A stretch of 64,000 bases of DNA from Candidatus Marinacidobacterales bacterium (GTDB lineage: Bacteria; Acidobacteriota; Vicinamibacteria; Marinacidobacterales; SMYC01), in contig OZ250169.1 of assembly GCA_965237955.1 (NCBI GenBank), positions 6,432,001 to 6,496,000 of the forward strand, in the 5' to 3' direction. The notes beneath the pieces were generated by a model. The model saw only the letters and a program-made list of their open reading frames with translations, did no database searches and was not told the DNA's origin. Numbering within the stretch: the stretch's first letter is position 1; each line of letters begins with the position of its first letter. Below, in pieces: positions 32,997 through 43,693 of the stretch. A program made the position numbers and the translations under genes.

Positions 32997-34179
32997 GTCC
33001 CCTGGATCTTTAATTACTGTCCAAATTCGATTTGCCATGTGTATCGAGCGTTCGCTGGGCGAACCGAGCGATGGTTTCGAGGATTCGGTCGGCGGATTTC
33101 GTCCACTTGAACGGCTTTGGGTTCTCGTTGTGAGCATCGAGATAGTCTTGTATCGCAACGCGGAACTGAGGCACGCTCGTGTGCGAGCCTCGTCGCAAGG
33201 CGTGTTCGGTGAGCAAGCCAAAGAAGCGCTCAGCGAAGTTGAGCCAAGAGGCGTGTGTCGGTGTGAAGTGAAAGTGGAACCGAGGTCGCTTGGAAAGCCA
33301 GCGTTTGATCGCCGGTGTCTTGTGCGTGGCGAGATTGTCGAGCACGACGTGGATGTCCAACTCGCTGGGAACGGCTGCTTCGATCTCAGCGAGGAACTTC
33401 TTGAACTCTAGCGCTCGATGTCGCGCGTAGCACTTTCCGAAGACTTCACCTGTTGCGGCGTCGAGTGCGGCAAACAGGTCAGTCGTTCCATGCCGAATGT
33501 AGTCGTGGGTTTGTCGCTCGGGCTGGCCCAAGCTCATGGGCAGGACAGGTTGAGCACGCTCGAGCGCTTGAATCTGCGATTTCTCGTCGACGCACAGGAC
33601 GACCGCGTTATCCGGTGGGTTCATATACAGGCCAACAACGTCGCGTACTTTTTCGACCAGTTGTGGGTCTTGCGAGAGACGAAACGATTCCGAGCGGTGC
33701 GGTTGAAGCCCGAACGTTCGCCAAATACGTCCAATCGTCGAATGACTCAGCCCAAGATGCTTGGCCATCGAGCGCGTACTCCAATGGGTTCTCCCCTTTG
33801 GAGTCGTCTCCAGCGTCTTGGTCACGACTTCCTCGATCTGGTCATCGCCGATTTTGCGAGCCGCTCCCGGCCGAGGTTCGTCGTACAACCCTTCCATTCG
33901 TTGTTCTACAAAGCGTCTTCGCCACTTGCCCACCGTGCTCCTCATGGTGTGCATCTTCCTAGCAACTTCCATATTCGTCAGACCCGCCGCGCAATCCAGC
34001 ACGATCTTCGCTCGGAAGGCTTGGTGCGGCGAACTACGGCTGCGTCGCGCCAGTCGCGTCAGCGCTTCGCTTTCTTGAGACGACAGCTTCAATTCGGCTT
34101 TTCGCCGGCCCTTGTGTTTCATGCATTTAGCAGATCACAGAAGGGCCGGTGTTGTCTAGCTTTTTCTGTTCCAGGGGAC
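32997..34179 (-). mobile_element. IS630-family element, copy 2
   Basis: IRs GTCCCCTGGA / TCCAGGGGAC; nearly identical to copy 1. Confidence 0.93.
33010..34122 (-). CDS. IS630-family transposase
   Basis: 370 aa, few substitutions relative to 9035-10147. Confidence 0.95.
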   Translation of the reverse strand: MKHKGRRKAELKLSSQESEALTRLARRSRSSPHQAFRAKIVLDCAAGLTNMEVARKMHTMRSTVGKWRRRFVEQRMEGLYDEPRPGAARKIGDDQIEEVVTKTLETTPKGRTHWSTRSMAKHLGLSHSTIGRIWRTFGLQPHRSESFRLSQDPQLVEKVRDVVGLYMNPPDNAVVLCVDEKSQIQALERAQPVLPMSLGQPERQTHDYIRHGTTDLFAALDAATGEVFGKCYARHRALEFKKFLAEIEAAVPSELDIHVVLDNLATHKTPAIKRWLSKRPRFHFHFTPTHASWLNFAERFFGLLTEHALRRGSHTSVPQFRVAIQDYLDAHNENPKPFKWTKSADRILETIARFAQRTLDTHGKSNLDSN

Positions 34180-34792
34180 TAGGCCGGCCCGTACTGAAAC
34201 CGCTACCGCAGGAGAGCTACGAGTTATCGACGTGGAAGCGGTGCAGAGTGAACATCGACTACCACGTGGAGGTGGAGAACAACTTGTACAGCGTTCCCTA
34301 TCAGCTCATTCACGAGAAAGTCGAGGCACGGGTGACGGCCTCGGTGGTGGAGGTCCTGTTCAAGGGAAAGCGCGTCGCGTCGCATCCCCGCAAGAAAGGA
34401 AAGGGGCACTACTCCACGAACCCGGAGCATATGCCACGTTCGCATCGGGAGCACCTGGAGTGGACGCCGTCGCGGCTGCTCCACTGGGCGGAGCAGTCAG
34501 GTCGCGCCACGGGAAGGCTGGTTGCGGGGATTCTAGAGAGTCGGCCTCACCCGGAGCAGGGATTTCGCTCTTGCCTGGGAGTCATGCGACTAGGCAGCCG
34601 CTGGGGCAGTGAGCGTCTCGAGGCCGCTTGCGCACGAGCGGAAGCTTTGAGCTCTTACAGCTATCGCACGGTGAAAAACATTCTCTCGGCTGGTCTGGAT
34701 CGTGTGGTGCTCGAATCGGACGCCGAAGCGAAACCGCGAGAGGAGCACGAGAACATCCGAGGCGCGGATCACTACGAAGGAGGAGAGTCCCG

Positions 34793-35546
34793 ATGCTGAC
34801 ACCCGAAACGATAGAAAAGATGAACGCCATGAAGTTGTTCGGCTTGGTGTCCGCGTTCGAAACCCAGTTGAGCTCGAGCGAATACAAGGAGCTGAGCTTC
34901 GAGGAACGTGTGGGACTCCTGGTCGATGCCGAGTGGACCGCCCGCGAACAGCGTAAGCTTTCTCGACGACTGCGAGCGGCAAAGCTCCGCTATCCGGCAT
35001 GTTTGGAGAACGTGAACTTCCAAGCGCCTCGAGGCTTAAACCGCGAACAGATCTTGAGCCTGGGCAACTGCCGCTTTGTCGGTGAGCGCCATAACCTGCT
35101 CATCACCGGCCCGACGGGGATTGGCAAATCGTTCTTGGCTTGCGCCTTCGTGGAGCGGGCCTGTCGTCGCGGCTTCACCGGATGCTACGTGCGAGCACCG
35201 CGCTTGCTCCACGAGCTCGCGGTCGCTCGTGGTGATGGTTCCTACGCCAATCATCGATAGCCAGTAAGTCCGGCTTTTGACGAAACTCGCCAAGCTGCTT
35301 CACCCGCTGAAAGAATCGGAGAGACGGGATCTAATGGAGGTCATCGAAGACCGCGCCGAGCGTGGCTCCACACTCATCGCGACCCAGATTCCGCTCAAGC
35401 AGTGGCACGAAGCGATTGGCGACCCAAACCAGGCAGACGCTATCTGCGATCGCATTCTCCACAGCGCGCACCGCATCACTCTCAAAGGAGCTTCTCTGAG
35501 AAAGACCAAGGCTGCGCCAAAGGCATTTGACAACGCCGATGCATGA
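34793..35546 (+). pseudogene. istB: IstB with the same Walker B rearrangement as copy 1
   Basis: Inverted segment at 35246-35271. Confidence 0.9.
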
Positions 35547-35970
35547 GCGAGCGAGGGACCACAGCGTCGATGCGATAAAAACGGGTGAAACCGCCAAACC
35601 CGGGGTACCAGACGATGCGGCGCCAAAACGACGCGCGAGAATGCCTCAGGAAGCGTCTTCTCGAGCCAGGCCATACCCCAGCAACCCCCCGAAACCAGCC
35701 CCACATCGCCCGGGGTTCGGCCGCGGCAGGTCGCTGCCTACGGGAGCGGGAAGGTCGCTTCGCGTCTTTCCTTACGCCCGCTCCCTCCGGCACCGACCTG
35801 CCGCCCCTTGCTACACAACACGCAGGTAAGATAGGTTCACGTTTTCAATCAGTGGAAAGGAGGTCACCCAACACTTCATCGCTTCGATGAGCGTTCGGCT
35901 TCACCGGATTCGCTGTTCAGCTTGCTCTGGATTCGGCGTTCACGATGGCTGGAATACGCAGTCGGGGAAA

Positions 35971-36534
35971 ATGATTTTCGTCAAAGTCGTCATTTGCGTA
36001 CTCATAGCCGACTTGCTCTCGGGGTTCTTCCACTGGCTCGAGGATGCCTACGGACGGGAGCACTGGCCGATCACGGGGAACCTGATCACCAAGCCGAACA
36101 TCCTGCACCATTATCAACCCGTCTACTTCACGCGACACGGTTGGTTCAAGAGTGCCGACTTGCTCCTGGTCATAGGGGCCGTCGTGCTTTTCGCGGCTTG
36201 GTTGCTGAACAGCTTGAACTGGGAGGTCGTGTTGGTTGTCGGAATCAGCGTTAACGCCAACGAGATTCACAAGTGGGCGCACCGAACCCCACGCCAGAAC
36301 GGCCGGCTGATCTCCTTCTTCCAGGACGTCGGGATGCTACAATCCCGAAGCCATCACACTCAGCATCATCGGGCGCAGAAGAACACTCACTATTGTGTAA
36401 TAACCAACTATCTCAACCCTGTACTTGAGGCAGCCGGTTTGTGGCCTTTTCTGGAACGCTTGATCTTGCTCGTTCTTGGAGTCGAGAGGCGTCCGGATCC
36501 CAGCGTTGTCGCAGCGGAGCTGCGAGCGGCCTGA
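35971..36534 (+). CDS. CarF/TMEM189-family lipid desaturase
   Basis: ADLLSGFFHWLEDAYG, HH.QP, NEIHKWAH, HH..HH, YCVITNYLNPVL. Confidence 0.88.
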   Translation: MIFVKVVICVLIADLLSGFFHWLEDAYGREHWPITGNLITKPNILHHYQPVYFTRHGWFKSADLLLVIGAVVLFAAWLLNSLNWEVVLVVGISVNANEIHKWAHRTPRQNGRLISFFQDVGMLQSRSHHTQHHRAQKNTHYCVITNYLNPVLEAAGLWPFLERLILLVLGVERRPDPSVVAAELRAA

Positions 36535-37159
36535 TGTGTCGCAGGCTCATCTTCTGCGCCGTCCAGTCATGTTCTGCCCCAAAAGTTGTGGACGAACCTA
36601 GCCGCCTTGACGCGCGGCTCCGCGGTCTCTTGACCCCTGCTCGCCGTAGGGCTGCTTCAAGGCCCCGTTCGATGCCGTGTGCACGAGAACGATTTCGGCC
36701 GTCAGGGGTCCTCGCGGGAGGTTCGTCCACGCTTTTGGGAAATCCGCGCAGAAGATGAGCCTGCGACCCTCCGGGAAAAGCGCGGTCGATCCCCAGTCAA
36801 TTCTTGACTAAGCTAGGAGACTTCCACTCAGGCGGAATCTCCCTTCCGAGGGATTGAAGCAGCACGATCTCCTCCGCGCTGAAGAAGATGTCGAAAGCGT
36901 CGTGGAAGTCCTTGCTGGTGATAGGCCGGTTGGCCTCCCTGGGCCACGCTCCGGGCCATGAGCAGAAGCTTAATCAGCTTCTGCCCGGGATGAGTTTCCT
37001 CCCTCAATCCGAAACGGACAAAAACAGAATCTCACGATCGAGATCAGGCAGCATGACTAACCTTTTTCGCGATAACTATCTTGACATTCACCGCTTTGAC
37101 AATGCGGCCTAAGGCATCCATCCTAGAGGTCCAAAACCCCTCGGAGTCAGGAGGCGATA

Positions 37160-38290
37160 ATGGAAAAACTCCTTATGGTGGGCGTGGGCGAGGTGGGACG
37201 CTATGTCCTCGAATTTTTCGCCCGCTCCGAAGCACCGGTTGAACTGGTGGCTGGAGACGTGGATGGAACCCGGGCCGAGGCCGCTGTCAACCAGGCCATC
37301 TACGGCGCGAACCATCACGGTCAACATCCCCGCATACGCGCGGTCACCATTGACTTGAAAAATGAAGACCAAACCGCGGAACTGATCCGCAAAGTCAAAC
37401 CCACCGTCGTGATCAACTGTGCCGTCTTGCAAACCTGGCATACAATACGAAGATTACCCAATCCCATTTTTGAAAAACTTAGCTCAGCGACATTGGGAGC
37501 CTGGCTTCCGGTGCAGTTGTCTTTGGCTGGAAGATTGGGGAAAGCTCTCAAGGCTTCCGGCGAAAAGGCCCATTACGTCAATGCATCGTTGTCCGATCTG
37601 ACCAATCCGGTCTTGCATCGAGCCGGTTTGAAACCAACGGTAGGAGTAGGGAATGTGGATTTGATTGTACCTGCAGTCCAAGCACTGGCGGCAAAAAAAC
37701 TTCAGATACCCACCACCCACGTAGAAATAAGCCTTGTGGCTCACCACGTCCATTGGGTTTATCCGAGAGAGCCAGGATACAAAGACGGTGCACCGTTTCA
37801 TTTACGTATTCTTGCCGATGGTACGGATGTGACCGACAAGTTTGATCTCGCTCAAATCATGATTGATGCGGTCCGGAGTTATCCAAGTGGTACTGGCTTT
37901 ACGAGTGTATCTGCATCCTCCACCCTAAAAATCGCTCTGGCCTTGGCGTTAAATAAGGCCATTGATACGCATGCTCCCGGTCCCAATGGCTTAATGGGGG
38001 GCTATCCCGTCCATATCGACGGCAGCGGAGTGCGTTTGCGTCTTCCCGACGGCATCACTGAGGAAAAAGCTATCGATTTGAATGAACGGGCCGGTCAACA
38101 CGACGGCATCGAACGCATAGACCCGAACGGAACAGTACACTTTAGAGACGACACGGTTCAAATTATGCAGGAAGTGTTGGGCTTTAACTGTCAAGAATTC
38201 TCATTTCATGAGGTGGATAATTTGGCTCAAGAACAAATCACTAAATATAAGGCGCTTGAAAAAAAACACATGCGTAATGTAAGCATTTGA
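37160..38290 (+). CDS. NAD(P)-binding oxidoreductase, saccharopine dehydrogenase-like
   Basis: MVGVGEVG Rossmann motif, PT.GVGN, HAPGPNGL.GGYPV; AGGAGG RBS. Confidence 0.75.
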   Translation: MEKLLMVGVGEVGRYVLEFFARSEAPVELVAGDVDGTRAEAAVNQAIYGANHHGQHPRIRAVTIDLKNEDQTAELIRKVKPTVVINCAVLQTWHTIRRLPNPIFEKLSSATLGAWLPVQLSLAGRLGKALKASGEKAHYVNASLSDLTNPVLHRAGLKPTVGVGNVDLIVPAVQALAAKKLQIPTTHVEISLVAHHVHWVYPREPGYKDGAPFHLRILADGTDVTDKFDLAQIMIDAVRSYPSGTGFTSVSASSTLKIALALALNKAIDTHAPGPNGLMGGYPVHIDGSGVRLRLPDGITEEKAIDLNERAGQHDGIERIDPNGTVHFRDDTVQIMQEVLGFNCQEFSFHEVDNLAQEQITKYKALEKKHMRNVSI

Positions 38291-38767
38291 TCATGCTTGA
38301 GCCCGAAACACGGTAGATTGGTTGTTGTGCTCTGATCAACCGCCTTCGGAAATCGCGTACCCGCGATTGTCTCAACGACTAACTCGCCGCGACGCAAGCT
38401 AGGTCGGCAAGGCCATGAATTCAACTTTAAGACTATTGAAACGACGGGGAAAAGGTCGAGCAACGTCTGAAGCTACGACGAAATTACGGGCTACAGGATA
38501 CGACCGCGGCTGAGAGGTGGCTCAACAAGCGTGGTTGGGAGGACTGGGGCTGACTCACGCGTCGGCGTCAGCGGTAGTACGATGGTCCTGGCGAGTCTAG
38601 ATGAATCGCGAAGCAGCAACCGCGATGACAAAGAACACTCCGAATCGGCGCATGACCTATTCCGCCCTTCGATCGGAGTCGCTCAGATAGAGAAGAGATT
38701 CTACGCCAAGGATTGCGGTAAATCGAGGACGAGGAGCCTATCTACAGCCGGTTTCATCCGTCGGCCC

Positions 38768-39480
38768 GGAGGTGCCCCCACCATAGTTGAAGGTTCGAGG
38801 TGGTGGCGGCTCCTGACACATGGTTTACCCGACTTTGGCGTGCTTGTCGAGCGCTTGATTCTCAGTGACCTCCGCTAACTTCGCTTCGAGGATCGGTAGC
38901 GATTGGTATCCAATGATACGACGGAAATTTTTCTCCGTGGCGAGCAGAGCCGAAGCGGCCCATCTCAGAACCATCTTGCCATTGCGCCAGCGGGTGACGC
39001 GACGGGTACGACCTCGCGCACCGCTGAAGCACGACTCGATGATGTTCGTCGATCCAAGGCAGCGTTTCAGAGATGCGGGGAGGTCGAGCTCGTTGATGGT
39101 GAACATCTCGTCGAGCCCCTCCCGGATGCTCTCCGCCGCCGAGGGGTAGTCGTCCTCGAGCCACTTCGCCTGTTGCTCCAACCGCGCTTTGCCCTTCTTT
39201 GCTGGGAGCTGCCAGGCCGAACGCAGGCTCGCTTGCACTTGCGGCTTCAGCTCCTGCGGCAGATAACCGAGCACATTGCGCTCCTTGTGCTTCCTGCAAC
39301 GCTGGACCTTGTTGTGGGTACCGAACACAGCGTCGACGGCGACCCGTAGCGCCTTGGAGCCATCGATCACGAACAGCCGACACCGCTCTGGGCTCAGGCC
39401 TCGTTCGACCAGGTCCTCCAGCAGCGCCTTGCACACTATCTGGTTCTCCGATGCTCCATCCCGAAGCCCCAGAACATGCT
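38768..39480 (-). mobile_element. IS256-family element, 3' half only
   Basis: Matches 50165-50877 including the end GGAGGTGCCCCCACCATAGTTGAAGG. Confidence 0.92.
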
Positions 39481-39566
39481 CGGGATGCCTGATAGCGAGA
39501 TGATCGGATGATGGGAGTCGGGGCCAAGCGAGCTCTCGGCCTCTATCGGAGTTGTGCACCAAGGCA
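39478..39566 (+). mobile_element. Right end of the IS5/IS903-group element
   Basis: Near-identical to the reverse complement of 41272-41360; ends GAGTTGTGCACCAAGGCA. Confidence 0.88.
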
Positions 39567-39687
39567 TCGAGTCGCAGGAACTCGCGGGCGATGCGGACGC
39601 TCGACCTATACGTTCGACCGAGGTCTGCGCGACGACGAGCGCTTCGAGTACTAGCTTGCTGCCTGTCGGATTCGTAGAAGTTCGAGC

Positions 39688-40902
39688 TCAGCCCTCGTAA
39701 AAGATCCGCCAGATTTTATCGCCGCCATCGTCGCTCACTAGCATTGAGCCGTCGGGGAGCTGTAGCAATCCCACGGGTCGTCCCCAGACTTCGCGCTTCG
39801 TGGGATCGAGCATCCAGCCGTTGAGGAAGCTCTCCGGGCCGGACGTGGGCTCGGCGTTCTCGAACGGGATGAACACGACTTCGTAGCCGATGCGCTCGGC
39901 GCGGTTCCATGAGCCGTGGAGTGCCAGGAACATTCCGCCGCGATATTTTTCGGGAAACTGGTCGCCGGTGTAGAAGAGAGTGTCCAGCACGGCGACGTGA
40001 GCAGCGAGCAGTACGTCGGGATACAACGTGCTCGCGACTTCGGCGGGGTCGATGTTGTCGTGACGCGGCTCCGGGTGCGGCCCGATGTAGGCGTTCGGCC
40101 ACCCGTAGTGCCCACCCTCTTCGATTTTCACGACGTAGTCGGGGACGAGGTCGTCACCGAGGTGGTCACGTTCTTGCACTGCCGCCCATAAATCGTTCGT
40201 TCCAGGATACCAGCGCAGACCAATGGTATTCCGAAGGCCGGTCGCCACGGTTTCGTGGCCACTGCCGTCGGGGTTATAGCGATGCAGCGCGGCCCGTAAG
40301 GGATCTTCACCTTGATCGATGTTCGAGCCCGAGCCGACGGTGACGTAGAGCTTCGTCCGGTCTTCGTTGAACAGCAACGTTCGCGTCCAATGGCCGCGTC
40401 CGAGCCCTTCGTAGGAGATAATCTCCTCGCCCTCCTTGTGTTGCCCGGTGACCTTCATCGTCGCCGAGTCGTAGCGATAGCGTTTTACCGATTCCGGCTC
40501 CCCGACGTAGAGCCATCCGTCGTGAAGCTCGAGCCCGTACGGCAGATTGAGCCCGTCGAGGATCTTCGACTTCGAGCCGTCTTTCAGCACGTAGACGTCG
40601 CCGTTCGATTCGTCACGGGAGCCGCTGTCGGTGAGAAGGATCTCGCCCGCGCCACCGTGCATCATGAAGCGAGGGCGGTTGAACCCGCTCATGTACTCCT
40701 CGATCTTGAATCCCGAGGGGAGACGCAGCTCGGCGCCCTCGGGCCGGGAGATGACTTCCGCGCTGTTCCGGGCGGATTCCGTATGGAACGGCTTCGGGAG
40801 CTCTTTCCAGTTGACGGGCCGATCGTTCGTGAGCGTCTGCGCCAGGGCAGTGCCACCAACGACGAGCAGGGCTAACGAGGCAACGAATGCGTTTTTGAGC
40901 AT
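39688..40902 (-). CDS. PQQ-dependent sugar dehydrogenase (sorbosone dehydrogenase family)
   Basis: Signal peptide, GHWTR, VGSGSN, GLRN, ERD.LGDDLVPDY, HGSWNR, GRPVG. Confidence 0.92.
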   Translation of the reverse strand: MLKNAFVASLALLVVGGTALAQTLTNDRPVNWKELPKPFHTESARNSAEVISRPEGAELRLPSGFKIEEYMSGFNRPRFMMHGGAGEILLTDSGSRDESNGDVYVLKDGSKSKILDGLNLPYGLELHDGWLYVGEPESVKRYRYDSATMKVTGQHKEGEEIISYEGLGRGHWTRTLLFNEDRTKLYVTVGSGSNIDQGEDPLRAALHRYNPDGSGHETVATGLRNTIGLRWYPGTNDLWAAVQERDHLGDDLVPDYVVKIEEGGHYGWPNAYIGPHPEPRHDNIDPAEVASTLYPDVLLAAHVAVLDTLFYTGDQFPEKYRGGMFLALHGSWNRAERIGYEVVFIPFENAEPTSGPESFLNGWMLDPTKREVWGRPVGLLQLPDGSMLVSDDGGDKIWRIFYEG

Positions 40903-40924
40903 GGCATCAATATTATAGATCGTG

Positions 40925-41075
40925 TCACCAGTCGAAGCCGAGCATGAACTGGAATGTGCGGGCGAACCCTAAAACGTTCGTGATTCTCCCGAAATTTCCT
41001 GTGCCAAAACGAGTTTGAGGACCGTCGAAATCGGGTCTGTCGAACACGTTGATGATCTCGAGCCTGAACGTCGTG
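40925..41075 (-). pseudogene. C-terminal fragment of a TonB-dependent receptor
   Basis: FRLEIINVF..P.F..P..FG..NFGRIT..ARTFQFMLGFDW terminal beta-strands. Confidence 0.75.
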
Positions 41076-41271
41076 CGCACCCGGGAATCCGTCGAGGCGC
41101 GTCGCCGAACGTGAACGCCTCCGCCTGGCTCCACGCATGAGAGCGCTCCCGTGCCACAGGTTTCCTCCACGTCGGTGGACCGTGTTGAAAACCCCGCCGC
41201 CGGTCCGGCCCATCTCGGAAGAATATAGGGATGTCAACCGCGCCAAAGTGTGCGACGATGTTAAAAACACA

Positions 41272-42358
41272 TGCCTTGGTGCACAACTCCGATGGAGGCC
41301 GAGAGCTCGCTTGGCCCCGACTCCCATCATCCGATCATCTCGCTATCAGGCATCCCGAGCGCCGTCATCGTGTTGAGAATCTTGCACCCGATCCTTGCCT
41401 CGACTCTCTGTGCCGCCAACCCTCTCGCTCGCATCGCTGAGCCCACGATAGCCTTGTAGCGATGGAACGTTGTCTCGACTTTGCTCCGTTTGCTGTAGCC
41501 CGATTCTGTGTGCCACTTTCGTTTGCCGAGCCGAGCTTGTGCTGCAATGTTGCGATTGCGCTGTCGGCTGCTCGCCGGCCCCGATGCGAGCTGGGCGCCC
41601 TTGCGCGGCGGTATCAGCACCCTCGGCGAGCAATGAGCGCTGTGATTCTCGATTGCCTCATAGACGCCGCCGGCGTCGTATGCGGTGTCAGCTCTGGCCG
41701 ATGAGATGGGACTGTCGATCTGTCCGACAAGCGATGCAACCCGCGATGAATCGCGGGCTCTTTTGCTCGTCAGCTCGCCGGCGACGACTTCGCCACTCTG
41801 CTCGTCGACACACAGATGGAGCTTGCGATAGTCCCTGCTCTTTGGTGCTCTGCGCAGCTGGCCGGCGTGGACAGCGAGACCGCTGCTGTCGATCAAGATG
41901 TGCAACGGCGTCTTCTGCTTGTCTTGGTAGAAGGGGACCTTACCCAGCTTCGCCTTGCGCCTCGAGATCGTGGTGTGATCGGGCACATCATTGTCTAGCT
42001 TCATCAGAGCGAACAACGATCGCAGCAATCCCTCGCTCTGCCTAGATGACAGATGAAACACCATGCCCAGGGTGACAGCCGTCTCGATGGCGTGGTTCGA
42101 GTACTTGCGTTGACGGCTCGGTTTCCTCCTCCTCGGCCGGGGCGCGTCCCAGTTCACAAGCTTGCCGGCGGTGAGCGAGATCCAGACGGTCAGGCTCCCA
42201 CGGTTGCGTAGACCCGCCTCATATTCACGCCAATTCCTCACGCGATAGGCCTTCTTCACATACTTCCGCTGAGTGCGTTTGAAAATGCTCATGGGGAACC
42301 TCGAATCCGTGAGTAAAGGACAATTGTGGACCGAGATCGCGAGTTGTGCACCAAGGCA
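41272..42358 (-). mobile_element. IS5-family (IS903 group) element
   Basis: 18-bp IR TGCCTTGGTGCACAACTC / GAGTTGTGCACCAAGGCA; no flanking duplication. Confidence 0.92.
41327..42292 (-). CDS. IS5-family transposase
   Basis: NWREYEAGL..RGSLT, PDHTTISRR, IDSSGL, ADTAYD, Y.KRS.VET. Confidence 0.94.
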   Translation of the reverse strand: MSIFKRTQRKYVKKAYRVRNWREYEAGLRNRGSLTVWISLTAGKLVNWDAPRPRRRKPSRQRKYSNHAIETAVTLGMVFHLSSRQSEGLLRSLFALMKLDNDVPDHTTISRRKAKLGKVPFYQDKQKTPLHILIDSSGLAVHAGQLRRAPKSRDYRKLHLCVDEQSGEVVAGELTSKRARDSSRVASLVGQIDSPISSARADTAYDAGGVYEAIENHSAHCSPRVLIPPRKGAQLASGPASSRQRNRNIAAQARLGKRKWHTESGYSKRSKVETTFHRYKAIVGSAMRARGLAAQRVEARIGCKILNTMTALGMPDSEMIG

Positions 42359-42696
42359 CTTCTACGTCGCTCAAACCTATCCCAACGGAATGATCTCTTT
42401 TGAGTCCAAGCAGTGGTACATAAGCAGCTGTCTAAAGTCAGAGCGCGTCGGTCTTGAGCAAGTCGATGACGACCGGTGGAAGGTTCACTTCGGTCCCGTC
42501 CCTCTCGGGATTCTCGATGTTCGAAACGCCAGGGACCGTGGATATCGCGCCTTTGGGCTTCTAGTTTCTCCCGAACGACGAAGCAAGAGGCCATACAAAA
42601 GACGAGGCCCGAAATGATCTCGAAGAGAATCCACGACACCGCAAACTGTTACCTATGTGCCCGGTCTGTTTCGTTACCGATGTAGGCGGTTGCACA
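42359..42696 (+). pseudogene. IS481-family C-terminal remnant with right end
   Basis: NGMISF..YISSCL..ERVGLE..WKVHFGPVPLG; terminal repeats GTTACCtATGT / GTTACCgATGT ending in ACA. Confidence 0.72.
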
Positions 42697-43150
42697 TGGT
42701 GCTTTATTTGACGTGTGCAGCGCGTCCTGCGGACGGTGGCAACCTCTGCTCTTCGCCGGAGACATTCCCGCCTCGCCAAAGACCTCGTCACTACACTCAG
42801 CCGGGATTTTACCGACAGGATCAGCGGGTTCGAGCACTAGACTGGAAGTTTGTTTGCGGTCCATCACTCACCTATCCTGGAGAAGATGGGTGATACGAAG
42901 ATTCTCGCGCGTATTGTGGTCGTCCTGCTCGCGACGGCAGCGTGCTCGCCAACCATCCCGGAGCAATGGGCCCACTTTACCTGCATGGGTACTCACGCGG
43001 CACCGAATGCTGGGCGATGAAAGTCGATCAGTTTGGAGACGTCGCCGCGCTATCGATTTTCAACGCAGATGGGTCTGAGCCGCTCATGTTTCTGGCCTGT
43101 CTTCGGTGAGGCCGAGACCCCGGAATTGATTCGGTTCAAATGAGGCGGCC

Positions 43151-43693
43151 ATGAGTCAGATCGAGCTAAGCAAGTTCCTCTCCTATGTGCTTCGACATCG
43201 GCCCGACGCCATCGGGATCGAGCTCGACGAAGAAGGTTTCACGGATGCCAAGGTGTTGGTCGAGAAAATGGCCGAGCGGCACCCCGGCTTTGCGATGCGA
43301 GACCTCGAGGCTATCGTCCGCGACGACGACAAGGGGCGATACACGCTGCGCGATGGGCAGATTCGCGCCAGCCAGGGCCACAGCATCGAAGGCATCACCG
43401 CGTTCGAAACGACGCCGAAGACACCGCCCGCTACCCTCTACCACGGCACGAATACGCAGAATTGGAAACGCATTCGAGAGGCCGGAGGGCTTCAACGCAT
43501 GAACCGACACCACGTGCACTTGTCGCCGGACGAAGAAACGGCCGAACGAGTCGGCGCGCGACGCAAGGGCGAGGTGATTCTGCTGTCTGTGAACGCGAAA
43601 CGGATGGCCGAGGACGGCTACAAGTTCTTCCTCTCCGACAACGGCGTGTGGCTCGTCGACGAAGTGCCTATCGACTACCTGAGAGAGCTCTAG
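43151..43693 (+). CDS. kptA: RNA 2'-phosphotransferase (KptA/Tpt1)
   Basis: LSKFLSYVLRH, K.RY, IRASQGHS, LYHGT, HVHLS, NGVWL. Confidence 0.96.
   Translation: MSQIELSKFLSYVLRHRPDAIGIELDEEGFTDAKVLVEKMAERHPGFAMRDLEAIVRDDDKGRYTLRDGQIRASQGHSIEGITAFETTPKTPPATLYHGTNTQNWKRIREAGGLQRMNRHHVHLSPDEETAERVGARRKGEVILLSVNAKRMAEDGYKFFLSDNGVWLVDEVPIDYLREL

Larger units (their letters stand above)
32057..34799 (+). pseudogene. istA: istA interrupted by IS630
   Basis: IS630 at the CTAG of the ERLD codons; also E-to-A in AKVE and an extra T near 32896. Confidence 0.9.
31837..35960 (+). mobile_element. IS21-family element, copy 3 (istA interrupted, istB defective)
   Basis: Same termini; flanking repeat GTCGGGG (31830-31836, 35961-35967). 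Confidence 0.95.

Noticed and set aside
43151-43693. kptA as part of an RNA-repair or toxin-antitoxin module
   Set aside because: Stand-alone gene with no ligase, macrodomain or antitoxin neighbour visible.
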